A stretch of 64,000 nucleotides of DNA from an uncultured candidate division Zixibacteria bacterium (GCA_963735035.1 CAVTJJ010000003.1:608001-672000), one strand, 5' to 3'; counted from the stretch's first letter, positions 29,062-41,042 are shown. Numbers and translations are program-made. Notes: generated by a model from the letters alone, not told the origin.

Positions 29062-30162
29062 CTACTCTATATTTTCCCACCAGTGGACAAGTTCAACCGG
29101 TTTCTCAGGATCAACCACTTCCCCCAACCGGGGCGCCATCATATCGACCCCTTCAGCCTCGGCCGCTTTCACCAGACGCTCAATCGGTTCGCTCCACGGG
29201 TGCGCTGCAAGATCGAAAGTCCCCCAATGTATCGGGAAGAGCATCTTCCCTTTCAACGTCAGTTGCACGATGGCGGCTTCTTCGGGACAGAGATGGATGT
29301 CTTTCCAGGCGTCGTCATAGGCGCCGATTGGAAGCAACGTTAGGTCGAATGGTCCGTATCGTTTGCCGATGTCTTTGAAACGATCCGAGTACCCCGTATC
29401 GCCGCCGAAGAACAGGCGACGGGTCGGGCCGATTATCGCCCAGGTTGACCAGAGCGTTCTGTTGACGTTCGAAAAGTTGCGACCGGAGAAATGTCGCGCC
29501 GGCGTACAGATTATTTCAAGGGAGTGGAATCTCGCCGACTCCCCCCAGTCGAGCTCAACGATCTGACTGTTCGGGGCACCCCACTCCTCGAGAATTGCGC
29601 CCACTCCCAGCGGGACGAAGAATGTCACCCCCTTCGATGCGAGGTACTCCACGGTGGTCCGTTCGAGATGGTCAAAATGGTCATGTGAAATCACAACGGC
29701 ATCGATAGTCGGCAGGCTGTCACGAGAAAGAGACGTAGGCTGAAAGCGTCGCGATTCGCCCATCGCATGCTTCGTGTACTCGTCAAATACCGGATCGAAC
29801 AGCAGCGTCACACTGTCGATTCTCACCAGAATCGTGGAATGTCCCAACCAGACCGCCTTCAGCCCAGACGATGTATCAAGAGTGGCAGCATCGACAGCGA
29901 CCGAAGGCAGAGCTTTCGAAGGGCGTGATCTCTTCACCGGAACGACCTGATCCTTCAGCGGCGACCAGATTTCATTGAAATCAACCGTGCTGGTGGGATC
30001 TTCATTGACAAAATGCCCGCTCTCGAAATTGCGCGACCGCTTCATTCTTTCCAAACGCTTTTCCGCAGCGATCGAGCGCGAAGAATCCGGGTCCGCCGAA
30101 ATATTCGACATGGCAACGATCATGGCAATTAAGGCTGTGATGACAAGACGGTGTGGTTTCAT
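29062..30162 (-). CDS. Secreted MBL-fold metallo-hydrolase (NAPE-PLD/RomA-like)
   Basis: WLGHST, ISHDHFDHL, PARHFSGR, GGDTGY, PIHWGTF. Confidence 0.9.
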   Translation of the reverse strand: MKPHRLVITALIAMIVAMSNISADPDSSRSIAAEKRLERMKRSRNFESGHFVNEDPTSTVDFNEIWSPLKDQVVPVKRSRPSKALPSVAVDAATLDTSSGLKAVWLGHSTILVRIDSVTLLFDPVFDEYTKHAMGESRRFQPTSLSRDSLPTIDAVVISHDHFDHLERTTVEYLASKGVTFFVPLGVGAILEEWGAPNSQIVELDWGESARFHSLEIICTPARHFSGRNFSNVNRTLWSTWAIIGPTRRLFFGGDTGYSDRFKDIGKRYGPFDLTLLPIGAYDDAWKDIHLCPEEAAIVQLTLKGKMLFPIHWGTFDLAAHPWSEPIERLVKAAEAEGVDMMAPRLGEVVDPEKPVELVHWWENIE

Positions 30163-30209
30163 GTCGCTGACTCTTCTACCCCTTCGCGCTACGTCGGCGC
30201 CAATTACGT

Positions 30210-30998
30210 TCAGAACCGCCAGGTGAGCCGAACCATCCTTGAACCATCTACTCGCGAAGATCCCACCGCCAGCCCCTTCGACTCTCCGGCCCGGTGAAGT
30301 CCCGGCACGACATATCCGATAGTCGCTCCGACCAGATACCCGGCGATCACATCGCTGGGGAAATGCCGCCCCGATTCCACCCGAAGTATCCCCACCACCG
30401 CCGGATACACCGCCGCCGCGCTCCAGATCACAATGCGAGTCCGCTTATCCGAGACGCGGTCAGAAAGAATTCGAGCCGTCAAGAAAGACATCGCCGCCGA
30501 GGTCCCGGTGTGACCGGAATAGAACGACAACCGCGCATCTCGATCTGTTTTTCGGTCGAGCGGTGTATTCGGGTCATAGACGTACGGACGGGTTCGCTTG
30601 GTCAGGCTCTTGACGATTCCGTTCACCCCGGACTGGAGGAGTAGCGTCTCCCCCCACATCACGCCGATTGCTTTCCACTCCTCGCGTAGTTTCCGGTCGG
30701 CCAAAAGTATGAACGGCATCGCGACCGACACCCCCATCGCGATATCGCTCGCCGTGGCGCCACGGAAAGAGCGGACAGCGCCCCGGTCGAAACTGTTGAT
30801 ATTCGCCCGGTCGAGGGCGTTGATCTGGTCGAGTGTCAACGGCTGAACATTGTTATGGGCGATTAGCCCGCCAACCGCCAGAGCGCACCCGCTTCCGACT
30901 AAAAGCCAGTCCCGTTTCTGCTCAACATTATAGAGCGGCTGAGCCTGACATGCAGCCGAACTGAAAAGAGCCAAGAAAACAACAAGTCTGAACTTCAT
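30210..30998 (-). CDS. PAP2-family phosphatase
   Basis: KxxxKRTRP, SFYSGH, RVESGRHFPSDV. Confidence 0.88.
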   Translation of the reverse strand: MKFRLVVFLALFSSAACQAQPLYNVEQKRDWLLVGSGCALAVGGLIAHNNVQPLTLDQINALDRANINSFDRGAVRSFRGATASDIAMGVSVAMPFILLADRKLREEWKAIGVMWGETLLLQSGVNGIVKSLTKRTRPYVYDPNTPLDRKTDRDARLSFYSGHTGTSAAMSFLTARILSDRVSDKRTRIVIWSAAAVYPAVVGILRVESGRHFPSDVIAGYLVGATIGYVVPGLHRAGESKGLAVGSSRVDGSRMVRLTWRF

Positions 30999-31101
30999 AT
31001 TCGCCCACAGGACCATACCCCAGACCCCGTCGAGAGTCAATCAGTGTTATCTGTGTCGAAACGCCCTGAGGCCCTGCCGAATTGTCGCCCTTCCCCTCTG
31101 G

Positions 31102-31130
31102 TTGACTTAGGCCTTCCCACACGGTAACTT
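31102..31130 (+). promoter_or_regulatory. sigma70-like promoter (near-leaderless pgsA)
   Basis: TTGACT-N17-TAACTT ending 8 nt before the ATG; no obvious SD sequence. Confidence 0.4.
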
Positions 31131-31138
31131 GTCGGTCC

Positions 31139-31726
31139 ATGAACGCGCCCAATTTCCTGACCCTCATGCGTATCGCCCTCGCGCCTGTCTTTATGGTCAT
31201 TTTCCTGATCGACAACTACTACACCCGCATGATCGCCCTGGGGATTTTCGTGGTCGCCGCCCTGACCGATATCGCCGACGGCTACTACGCCCGCAAACTG
31301 GGCATGATCACCGGCTTCGGCAAATTCATGGACCCGCTGGCAGACAAGATTCTGGTCTCGTCGGCCCTGATATCGTTTATCGCCCTTGGCTACGCCTCGC
31401 CTTTGCCCGTGATGCTCATAGTTGGTCGGGAGTTTTCGGTAACCGGACTCAGACTCTTGGCCGCCTACAAAGGGGTGGTAATCCCGCCGACCTGGATGGC
31501 CAAAACCAAGACCTTCCTCCAAATGACCGCTATCGTAGCCGTCATGGGGTATATCTGTCTCCTCAGCTCGCTCGAGCATTTTCAGCACCCCGCCCGCGAG
31601 ATGCTCCGGTTCGACTACCTCTTCTATTTCAATATGCTGCTCTGGGTCACTGCCGGCGTGACGGTTTGGACCGGTGTAGACTATGTCATCAAATACTTCC
31701 ACATGATCAAATCAGTGCTCAAATAG
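31139..31726 (+). CDS. pgsA: CDP-diacylglycerol--glycerol-3-phosphate 3-phosphatidyltransferase
   Basis: PNFLTLMRI, TDIADGYYAR..GKFMDPLADK. Confidence 0.93.
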   Translation: MNAPNFLTLMRIALAPVFMVIFLIDNYYTRMIALGIFVVAALTDIADGYYARKLGMITGFGKFMDPLADKILVSSALISFIALGYASPLPVMLIVGREFSVTGLRLLAAYKGVVIPPTWMAKTKTFLQMTAIVAVMGYICLLSSLEHFQHPAREMLRFDYLFYFNMLLWVTAGVTVWTGVDYVIKYFHMIKSVLK

Positions 31727-31735
31727 GATAATTGC

Positions 31736-32194
31736 ATGAAGAATTTCCTGATCAAGTTTTTCGCCTCCGGTCTCTTTTCCGGGTATCTCAAGCCGTTCCC
31801 CGGCACCTGGGGCACTATCCCTGCCTGGCTGATCGCCTGGTTCTTATTGAAAGGTGACCCCACGCTCATGTGGGGGGCGGCCATACTCTCGACAATTTTC
31901 TCGATCGCCATAGCCTCGCTGGCCGAACCGCTCATGGGACACGACTCCCGCAAGATTGTCATCGACGAGTGGGCCGGGATGTTTATATCGCTGCTCTTCG
32001 TGCCTTACTCGTGGCAGATGTATGTCGGGGCGTTTGTGGCATTCCGGGCTTTCGATGTTGTCAAGATCTGGCCTGCCCGGCAATTGGAGAGCCTCCCGAG
32101 TGGTTTCGGGGTGACCATGGACGATGTCGCCGCCGGAATCCAGACGGTTCTGTTCGTTCAGATTGTAATTTACGTGACCGGCCTGTTCATATAG
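31736..32194 (+). CDS. pgpA: Phosphatidylglycerophosphatase A
   Basis: PGTWGT, IVIDEWAG, FRAFDVVKIWP, DDVAAG. Confidence 0.92.
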   Translation: MKNFLIKFFASGLFSGYLKPFPGTWGTIPAWLIAWFLLKGDPTLMWGAAILSTIFSIAIASLAEPLMGHDSRKIVIDEWAGMFISLLFVPYSWQMYVGAFVAFRAFDVVKIWPARQLESLPSGFGVTMDDVAAGIQTVLFVQIVIYVTGLFI

Positions 32195-32305
32195 CTTGGC
32201 GCCGGAAGGGCAAAGGAAGCGTCAGGTCACACCATGCCACGTGCCTGGCAGATGTCCACATCTGCCGGCGCGCACAACAAACGGCGGACAAGATGAGAGT
32301 AGTTC

Positions 32306-33547
32306 ATGAAAGCTGAAATCATCGCCATCGGCGACGAAGTCCTCCTCGGACACATCGTCGACACCAATTCCCCGTTTATCGCCCGGGCCTTGTCCGGTCT
32401 CGGCCTGACAATACAGGGCAAGACGGTGGTCGGCGACAGTGTCGAGGCTATGGAAGAAGCTTTCCGCCTGGCCCTCAAACGCTCGCAAATAGTAATCGTC
32501 ACCGGCGGCCTGGGACCGACCGACGATGATCTGACCAAGCGGGCAATAGTCAAGGTCTTCAAGCGAAATCTGATTCTCAACGATGAAGTCCTCGATACCA
32601 TAACCCAACGGTTCACGGCACGCGGCCTGAACATGCCCGCCCTCAGCCAGAACCAGGCGCTTCTGCCGCAGGGGGCGGTCTTCTTTCCCAACCGCATCGG
32701 ATCGGCGGTAGGAATTTGTATAGCCGAACAGGGACGGGTCTTTATCGCCCTGCCGGGTGTGCCGGTCGAAATGTGTCAGATTATGACCGACGAAGTCGTA
32801 CCGTACTTGGCCAAGCTCAATATCGCACAGGCCATCAGTGTGGTCACACTTCGCACCACCGGAGCGGGTGAATCGCATTTGTCAGAGCTTATTGCGCCCG
32901 ATCTGAAAGTCGAAAACGGCGTCAAGCTCGCCTACCTGCCACATTTTGGATCAGTCGATCTTCGCATCGTGGCGACCGCACCGCAGAGAGCTGAGGCCGA
33001 TGAAAAAGCAGCCCGCCTCGCGCGACATGTCGAGAAGGCGGTCGGCAATTACGTGTTCGGTCGTGGCGATGAAACCCTCGCTGGCGTGGTCGGGCAGTTG
33101 CTCAAAGACAACGACAAGTCGCTTTCAGTGGCCGAATCCTGCACCGCCGGACAACTGGGCATGGCGATTACAGACGTCCCGGGCGCGTCGGCCTATTTCC
33201 GGGGCGGCCTGGTTGCCTACGACAACGACATCAAGATCGCCCAGCTCGGAGTACCCGAGGAAGTTCTAGCACGGCAGGGAGCGGTTTCCGAAGAATGTGC
33301 GACCGTGATGGCGTCCGGCTGCCGCAAGCTGTTCAAGAGTGATTATGCTCTCTCGGTGACCGGGATTGCTGGCCCCGACGGCGGTACGGATGACAAACCG
33401 GTCGGGACGACCTATATCGGCTTTGCATCGGCCCATGCGGCGTATGCGAAGCATTTCCGATTCGGGACCGAGCGCCAGATCAACCGGACGCGTGCAGTCA
33501 ACGCCGCTCTGGAGCTGCTGCGACGAGAGATATTGGATCTCAAATAA
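32306..33547 (+). CDS. cinA: Competence/damage-inducible protein A (MoCF-like + PncC NMN deamidase)
   Basis: GDEVLLG..DTNS, GGLGPTDDDLT, AESCTAG, TGIAGPDGG. Confidence 0.93.
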   Translation: MKAEIIAIGDEVLLGHIVDTNSPFIARALSGLGLTIQGKTVVGDSVEAMEEAFRLALKRSQIVIVTGGLGPTDDDLTKRAIVKVFKRNLILNDEVLDTITQRFTARGLNMPALSQNQALLPQGAVFFPNRIGSAVGICIAEQGRVFIALPGVPVEMCQIMTDEVVPYLAKLNIAQAISVVTLRTTGAGESHLSELIAPDLKVENGVKLAYLPHFGSVDLRIVATAPQRAEADEKAARLARHVEKAVGNYVFGRGDETLAGVVGQLLKDNDKSLSVAESCTAGQLGMAITDVPGASAYFRGGLVAYDNDIKIAQLGVPEEVLARQGAVSEECATVMASGCRKLFKSDYALSVTGIAGPDGGTDDKPVGTTYIGFASAHAAYAKHFRFGTERQINRTRAVNAALELLRREILDLK

Positions 33548-33550
33548 TTC

Positions 33551-33805
33551 ATGAACTCCACCACTCTCCTCGGCTTGCTTGCCGGCGCGTGTACGACTTT
33601 CGGATTCTTGCCTCAACTTGTCAAGATACTGCAGACAAGATCCACGCATGACATTTCGCTCTGGATGTATTTGGTCATCTCGACCGGCATCCTTCTCTGG
33701 CTGATCTACGGCCTGATCATCGGATCAATTCCAGTGATCGCCGCCAATTCCGTCACGCTGATCATTTCCATCATGATATTGATTTTGAAGCTCAAGTATA
33801 AATAG
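33551..33805 (+). CDS. SemiSWEET / PQ-loop transporter
   Basis: 84 aa, 3 TM, FLPQLVK..T.DIS, WLIYG, AANSVT. Confidence 0.88.
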   Translation: MNSTTLLGLLAGACTTFGFLPQLVKILQTRSTHDISLWMYLVISTGILLWLIYGLIIGSIPVIAANSVTLIISIMILILKLKYK

Positions 33806-33825
33806 GGTGTGACCGTCTTCGCCTT

Positions 33826-34113
33826 GGTGCCCCAGCGCTTGCGCTGGGATTCGGCTTTTGTAGGTCGGGTTCACGAACGTCGAGCGGAGCGCGACGCGAG
33901 CAACCCGACATTCCGCTTGCTACATCTTCTCAACGGGGTACCCCACAGCTTGCTGTGGGTTGGTCTGCTATGACAAAATGGGCGGTTGGCGTACGTCCTC
34001 GTGCGCCAACGAGGACGTGGTGGACGAGGACGGCCACCACGCACACAACAATGCCGTCAGGCAGAGACGCCTGACGGCACGTTCACTTGTCCCAGCGCAA
34101 GCGCTGGGGCACC
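33826..34113. repeat. Dense REP cluster between convergent genes
   Basis: CCCAGCGCTTGCGCTGGG (33831) and its inverse (34091), GTAGGTCGGGTT..AACCCGACA, CCCACAGCTTGCTGTGGG (33942), GACGAGGACG-type hairpins. Confidence 0.85.
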
Positions 34114-34143
34114 GGGGCACATTTGTATTCGAAAGCGAATCTT

Positions 34144-35455
<1,312 letters not shown>

Positions 35456-35540
35456 CTAATGCGCTTGCTCTTCCTGTTGAAACTTATCGGCACAAAATCA
35501 GCGAGACAAGAAAATAGTTGGCAGTTGTCCACAGGATGGC

Positions 35541-35702
35541 GGCAGGTCACAACCTCCCCGCCAAGGCGGGTCGGTCAGGACCTACCGCAACCACGCGAAG
35601 GTCATTTCGGAATGCGTAGCCGGTCTGCCTCAATGGATTCTCGTCTCCCCTTTGCAGGTTTCGCCAGGTCCTGACGACGCCCTGCGGCGTTGTGACCTGG
35701 CG
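35541..35702. repeat. Inverted pair of CAGGTC..GACCTG REP-like elements
   Basis: GGCAGGTCACA..CAGGACCTACC and CGCCAGGTCCTG..GTGACCTGGCG. Confidence 0.65.
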
Positions 35703-35786
35703 ACATACGCAGCCGTCTTGCCGCCCACGAAAAGGGGATTCATTCTTGCGGCTACACGTCCTCTGATACTATCTTTCCCCCAGCTT

Positions 35787-37202
35787 ATGTCACTTCGTCT
35801 CAAACTCGGGGGCTTCTTTCTAGCGGCGGTGGCCGTGCGGATCGGGTTTCACTACCTCACCGGGTTCACAGCGGACGACGCTTTCATCACTTTCCGCTAC
35901 GCCGAAAATCTCGCCGCCGGACACGGATTCGTCTACAATGTCGGAGAGCGTGTGCTGGGGACGACAACTCCCCTCTTCACCTGGCTTCTGGCGGTTCTGG
36001 CGCTACTTCGAATCCCCCCTATTTCGGCCGCGCTCTTTGTATCATTGGTCTGCTCCGGCCTGACCGCCGCACTACTTTATCGTTTTGCCACCAATCTCCG
36101 CTTTGGGCGACTGGCCTGGATTCCGGCAGTCGTTTACATTCTCTGGCCTCGCTCGGTACCGGCTGACACCTGCGGCATGGAGACGGCTCTCTTCACTCTT
36201 CTGGTCACGGCCGCATTCTACTATCAGCACCGACGGCTCTATTACTACGCCATCGGACTAGTCACTCTGGCCACGTTGACCCGCCCCGAAGGCGCTCTCG
36301 CGCTGCTTCTGCTACTCGCCGCGTCCTGCCGGCGGGACATCAGGGCTTGGAGGACCTTTCTCGCAACACCCGCCCTGCTGCTCCTTCCGTGGCTGGCTTT
36401 TTCGTATTACTACTTTGGCTCGCTGATACCGAACTCGATCACGGCCAAAATCGCCCTGTACAGCCGATTTGGGGCCGACTCCTGGCTGCAGAATCTTGCC
36501 TACTTGCTCGCGCTGCACAACCCTGTCGGCTGGGTGATTCTTATTGCCGCCTGTCTCGGAGGCTGGTGGCTCTACCGAAAGCAGTATTTCGGGTTGATAG
36601 AGGCCGTCTGGTTTACCGCGACCATTCTCTTCTATACTTTCAGTAGCACGCGGCTGTTTTTCTGGTATATCGCCCCGTTATATCCTGTCCTGATTCTATT
36701 CGCATCCGCGGCAGTTGTCTGGCTCTGTGACCGTTGGAAGAGAATGCGAGATCAAATCGCCTGGGTCGAAGCCGCCGCTGCCGTCATAATCGTCGCATCG
36801 ACCGCGCCGGGACTCTATCGCCAGGTAGAACATTTCCGAACTCAGGCGACCTACGCTGAAACCGTTCTCAAACCAGTCGCTTTCTATTTGAAATCACAGG
36901 CTGATCCAAAATTTCAATTCGTGGCTGCCGAAGATATCGGCCATATCGGCTATTATTCCGATTGTCGCATTCTCGACCGCGATGGCCTCATATCGCCTCA
37001 GGCTGTTACCTACAACCGTGACGGTCGCTATCTCGACCTGATTCTCGACACCAAACCGGAATGGGTAGGGGCTGGAGTGGGCAGCCCGATCTCCGGATTT
37101 ATCGATGATCCCCGGTTCACCGAATCGTACTCTCTGGCACAATCATTCCCGCAGAATTCGGCCCCGCAGTATAACCTCTACCGACGAATCAATCGCCCAT
37201 GA
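35787..37202 (+). CDS. Polytopic membrane GT-C-type glycosyltransferase
   Basis: DDAFITFRYAENL..G.G.VYN.GE, GMETAL, TRPEG, ILDRDGL. Confidence 0.75.
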   Translation: MSLRLKLGGFFLAAVAVRIGFHYLTGFTADDAFITFRYAENLAAGHGFVYNVGERVLGTTTPLFTWLLAVLALLRIPPISAALFVSLVCSGLTAALLYRFATNLRFGRLAWIPAVVYILWPRSVPADTCGMETALFTLLVTAAFYYQHRRLYYYAIGLVTLATLTRPEGALALLLLLAASCRRDIRAWRTFLATPALLLLPWLAFSYYYFGSLIPNSITAKIALYSRFGADSWLQNLAYLLALHNPVGWVILIAACLGGWWLYRKQYFGLIEAVWFTATILFYTFSSTRLFFWYIAPLYPVLILFASAAVVWLCDRWKRMRDQIAWVEAAAAVIIVASTAPGLYRQVEHFRTQATYAETVLKPVAFYLKSQADPKFQFVAAEDIGHIGYYSDCRILDRDGLISPQAVTYNRDGRYLDLILDTKPEWVGAGVGSPISGFIDDPRFTESYSLAQSFPQNSAPQYNLYRRINRP

Positions 37203-38686
37203 CGAGAATACGATACATATCTGCTTCAATCTTGATATTGATCGGGCTGGCCGCCCTGTTTGGGTTCGAGAGTTTCAAGCAACTCTTTCTGTTTCTCAGC
37301 CCCGACCGCGACGTGACCTCGTTCATGTGGCTGCTCCTGAGAATCTGCCTCGTATCGCTCGGGGTTTCCGGAGCTTTTCTTTTGTTTCTTCGACCGCTGC
37401 TGAGAATTCTTGGACGACTTGATCGGCGTCTTGTCACGACTGACCGACGCACTCTTCTATTTCAGATTCTCATGCTGGCCGCTGCAGTCCGTGGGCTGGT
37501 GGTCGCCCTGATGCCGTTCAACCTCTGGCAGGATTTTCAGTGTTACGATGACCTCGGTTGGCAATGGACCACCGACGGCGGCTATTTCAACGGTACCCAC
37601 CTGACCGCCTACTGGCCTCCCGGGTATCCGTTCTGGCTATCGCGCCTCTATTGGGTGTTCGGACACCATCCGCAGATGGCCGCAGTCGCCAACATCTTCC
37701 TCGGGACTGCAACCGTGCTGCTGGCGTACCTGCTGGTGCGACGTCTCTGGGGTGAGCGGATTGGGCGATGGACCCTGCTTCTCATGGCCGTCTTCCCCAG
37801 TCAGGCGTTCTTCACGAATGTGCTGGCATCGGAACTGCTCTTTACGCCCCTGTTTCTGGCGGCGTTGCTGTTTCTCACGATGGGAATTCGCAAACAAAGT
37901 TGGGTATTCATCGTCTTATCGGGCGGAATCGTGCTGGGATTGGCCACCCTGACGCGTACCATAACCGCCCTCTTTCTTGTACCGGTGGCCATCTATTGGT
38001 TTCTGGAGCTGCGAAAGTTCAGAGCCGTAGCGACGCGACTTGTGGTCGGTCTTGTCGGGTTCCTGCTGGTAGTTACGCCCTGGGTCGTGCGCAACCATTA
38101 CGCGATCGGCCGCGCCTGCTTGAGCAGCAACAGCGGGATCAACCTGTTCATAGGCAACCAGCCATCTTCAGGGATGGGGTACAATCATCGTGCCGCCCTC
38201 GAATTCGAACTCTGGGATCCGTCGAAAGAAGCATACATCGACAGCGCCGCCTCGGTCCGAGGCTGGGACTATATCAAAGAAAAGCCCCTGGCGTTTGTCC
38301 GTCGGGGAATCTTCAAATCCATGTTTCTGTACGCCACCGATGTCGATGCCCTGGACTTCCAAATGTTCCAGACTGCTGAGAACGGGGACGGCGGCAAGTG
38401 GCTGCTCATTGCCTCGGTCGTTCAGTCGTTCTATCTGGTCGTGCTGTTGCTGGCGTTTTCGGGAATTTGGATCGTCCTGAAATCGCGAGTTCACCGGGAC
38501 AGCGGCACCTGGCTGGTACTAATGACGCTAGCCTATTGGACCAGCGTGCATTTTGTCTTTTTCTCAATCGGCCGGTTCCATTACCCGGTGATTCCATTAA
38601 TAGCGGCTCTATCGGCGGTTTCTCTTGCCCGGCAGATCGATCTTAATGGGACGCCCCGGACTGGGACTTCCTCCGGAACAAAGTAA
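37199..38686 (+). CDS. GT39/ArnT-like membrane glycosyltransferase
   Basis: TAYWPPGYP, SELLFT, LATLTR, PWVVRN, GINLFIGN, RFHYP. Confidence 0.8.
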   Translation: MTRIRYISASILILIGLAALFGFESFKQLFLFLSPDRDVTSFMWLLLRICLVSLGVSGAFLLFLRPLLRILGRLDRRLVTTDRRTLLFQILMLAAAVRGLVVALMPFNLWQDFQCYDDLGWQWTTDGGYFNGTHLTAYWPPGYPFWLSRLYWVFGHHPQMAAVANIFLGTATVLLAYLLVRRLWGERIGRWTLLLMAVFPSQAFFTNVLASELLFTPLFLAALLFLTMGIRKQSWVFIVLSGGIVLGLATLTRTITALFLVPVAIYWFLELRKFRAVATRLVVGLVGFLLVVTPWVVRNHYAIGRACLSSNSGINLFIGNQPSSGMGYNHRAALEFELWDPSKEAYIDSAASVRGWDYIKEKPLAFVRRGIFKSMFLYATDVDALDFQMFQTAENGDGGKWLLIASVVQSFYLVVLLLAFSGIWIVLKSRVHRDSGTWLVLMTLAYWTSVHFVFFSIGRFHYPVIPLIAALSAVSLARQIDLNGTPRTGTSSGTK

Positions 38687-38807
38687 CTGGACAGACCGTT
38701 GCGACTACTATAGATAGTGCCGGGCGTTGTCTTCCTGATCGTAATAATTCTTGCCGTCTGTCCGATATGGTAAGAATAGAACGTGTTTGAACCGAAAGTA
38801 TGAACCT

Positions 38808-39752
38808 ATGAAGTATCTTGTTACCGGTGGCGCCGGATTTATCGGCTCCAATATTGTCGAAAAACTGCTACAACTGGGCCACGAAGTCCGTGTCCTAGAT
38901 GATTTCTCTTCAGGTCGTAGGGAAAATATTGCCGCTTTCGGCAAGAACATTGATCTGATCGAAGGCGATATCCGCGATTTCGAAACCGCCTGCAAATCCG
39001 TCAAAGGGATGGACTTTGTGCTCCACCAGGCGGCGTTGCCGTCGGTCCCCCGGTCGGTGGCCGATCCTATGACTTCCAACGCCGTTAACATCACCGGCAC
39101 GCTGAATATGTTGGAAGCTGCTCGTCGCGAGGGCGTAAAGAGATTCGTAATAGCTTCGTCATCGTCTGTTTACGGCGAATCCGAGGAACTTCCAAAACAT
39201 GAGAAGATGATCCCGTCGCCGCTGTCACCGTACGCGGTCAACAAGATCACCGATGAATACTACTGCCGGGTGTACTGGGGACTTTATCAGTTGCCGACCG
39301 TCTGCCTGAGATATTTCAACGTCTTCGGACCGCGTCAGGATCCGAAGAGTGAATACGCCGCCGTGATACCACGATTCATTACCGCCCTACAAACAGGGAC
39401 ACAGCCGACTGTTTACGGCGACGGTGGTCAGTCGCGTGACTTTACTTATGTCGAGAACGCGGTCAATGCCAACATCCTGGCGTCCGAGACCGATTCGATG
39501 TCCGGAGGTGTCTTCAACTGCGCATGCGGCGCTCAATACACGCTCAATCAATTGCTCGACAAACTTCGCAAGATCATCGGCTCCGAACTACAGGCGCATT
39601 ACGATCCTCCGCGTGCCGGAGATATCCGTCATTCGTTCGCCGCCGTCGACAAGATCAAGAAGCAGGGCTTCAAGGTGACGGTTGATTTTGAGGAAGGTTT
39701 GAAGCGAACCGTGGCGTTCTTCGCCGGCCAACCGGTAAGCAAAGCGCGCTGA
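38808..39752 (+). CDS. NAD-dependent nucleotide-sugar 4-epimerase (WbpP/TviC-like SDR)
   Basis: TGGAGFIGS, HQAALPSVPRS, YAVNK, RYFNVFGPRQDP. Confidence 0.9.
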   Translation: MKYLVTGGAGFIGSNIVEKLLQLGHEVRVLDDFSSGRRENIAAFGKNIDLIEGDIRDFETACKSVKGMDFVLHQAALPSVPRSVADPMTSNAVNITGTLNMLEAARREGVKRFVIASSSSVYGESEELPKHEKMIPSPLSPYAVNKITDEYYCRVYWGLYQLPTVCLRYFNVFGPRQDPKSEYAAVIPRFITALQTGTQPTVYGDGGQSRDFTYVENAVNANILASETDSMSGGVFNCACGAQYTLNQLLDKLRKIIGSELQAHYDPPRAGDIRHSFAAVDKIKKQGFKVTVDFEEGLKRTVAFFAGQPVSKAR

Positions 39753-39775
39753 CATTTGCAAAAAGATGTTTCATG

Positions 39776-39812
39776 AAGCCTGGTTGACACCGTTGTCAGC
39801 CGGGCTTTTTTT
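39776..39812 (+). terminator. Intrinsic terminator
   Basis: AAGCCTGGTTGACA..TGTCAGCCGGGCTT followed by a T-tract. Confidence 0.75.
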
Positions 39813-39841
39813 GATTCACGGGCGGGCCTACGGATGCGTGC

Positions 39842-40020
39842 GTGGTGGACGTCCTCGTCCACCACGTTTTCTTTTGTCTCAAGGACGGTACCCCACGGCT
39901 TGCCGTGGGTTCGGTGGTAGATGGTGGGCGGCAAAGCCTGCCCCGGACTTGATCCGGGGTCCTCGTCTGCCCCTCATCGACTCTTAAAAAGTTACTGATG
40001 CCCCACGGCAGAGCTGTGGG
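39842..40020. repeat. REP cluster with a nested insert
   Basis: GTGGTGGACGTCCTCGTCCACCAC, CCCACGGCTTGCCGTGGG, GGCGGCAAA[23 nt]GTCCTCGTCTGCCC, CCCACGGCAGAGCTGTGGG. Confidence 0.85.
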
Positions 40021-40053
40021 CTTCGCGGTGCATCAGTACTGCGGGCAACCAGC

Positions 40054-40833
40054 TTACTTCCTTAGTTCTTTTTCAGTCGCTTCTTCCGGGCCGAGCAGGT
40101 GCGCCTCGTAGAGTTCGTATTGCCTCCAATCCTCCCTGTCAGGTCGGTATTTGAATACGCACGTCCAGCCGTCGGGTGACCAACGAATATCCCTTACCCA
40201 GCGCCCGCGGCATTCACCGTCTTGAGCGTATCCGCCACCGCCATTGAAGACCAGTTCACCCGCATCGCCACGATGGGCTATGTACAAGTCGGCGAAATCG
40301 CTGTAGGCGATCAACGGGATAGTCGGCCCGTATTGTGGTGGCTGGGTCTGCACGTACGAGCGCAATACTATCTTGCTTAGACCGACAAGATCATATTGCA
40401 CCACCGAAGCACTTCCATAATCCTCGCCTATGAATTCTGTCTCCGCTGCGACGCACGAACGCTTGTCTCCGTCGAAAGAAAGGCTGGAAAATCCGTACGC
40501 ACTTGTGTCGAGCAAGACTGTGTCCCTGCCGCACAGATATATGGCTCCGGGGGCGAACCGGTCCAGGCCTCCTTCGGAATCGTAGTCCTCAAACTGCTCA
40601 CGCTGGTACTGCACCAACACCACTGAATCATTCAGGACGTAATCTGTACGCACCAGCGAATCGCCCAAATTCGTGACTTTGCCCGGTGGTGCGTTCAAGG
40701 CCGCCAGGTACCAGTCGGGCGCCTTGTCGATCTTTCTAACCTGCCAATCGGAACAGACTTGTGGTTGCCCTTGTGCGGGTAGCACACAGCACAGGAACAA
40801 GCCGACAATGACTTCCAGCTTTGCCTTACCCAT
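40054..40833 (-). CDS. Hypothetical secreted protein
   Basis: GAGGGAG RBS, signal peptide, WSPDG (PD40-like) motif; upstream TTGACA-N17-TATGTT at 40898-40926. Confidence 0.65.
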   Translation of the reverse strand: MGKAKLEVIVGLFLCCVLPAQGQPQVCSDWQVRKIDKAPDWYLAALNAPPGKVTNLGDSLVRTDYVLNDSVVLVQYQREQFEDYDSEGGLDRFAPGAIYLCGRDTVLLDTSAYGFSSLSFDGDKRSCVAAETEFIGEDYGSASVVQYDLVGLSKIVLRSYVQTQPPQYGPTIPLIAYSDFADLYIAHRGDAGELVFNGGGGYAQDGECRGRWVRDIRWSPDGWTCVFKYRPDREDWRQYELYEAHLLGPEEATEKELRK

Positions 40834-41042
40834 GTTGATTCTCCCTCTCATTACCGTAAAGAATACATTGCCCCGCGATTTGACGTCGCATGATGCGAAC
40901 ATACTCCTCGCCCGCGTTCCTGTCAATAGTGTCCGGAAGAGAGTCCGGCAGGGCTGGGACCCTGCCGATCATTGGAAGATACCATCGCGCGAGTCAAGAA
41001 TGGCCGGTTCGAAGACCGACCTTCCCTGCAAGAGAACTCCAG

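Noticed and set aside
33826..34113. Repeat clusters as a CRISPR array
   Set aside because: The units are different palindrome families with irregular spacing; there is no constant repeat-spacer period and no cas gene.
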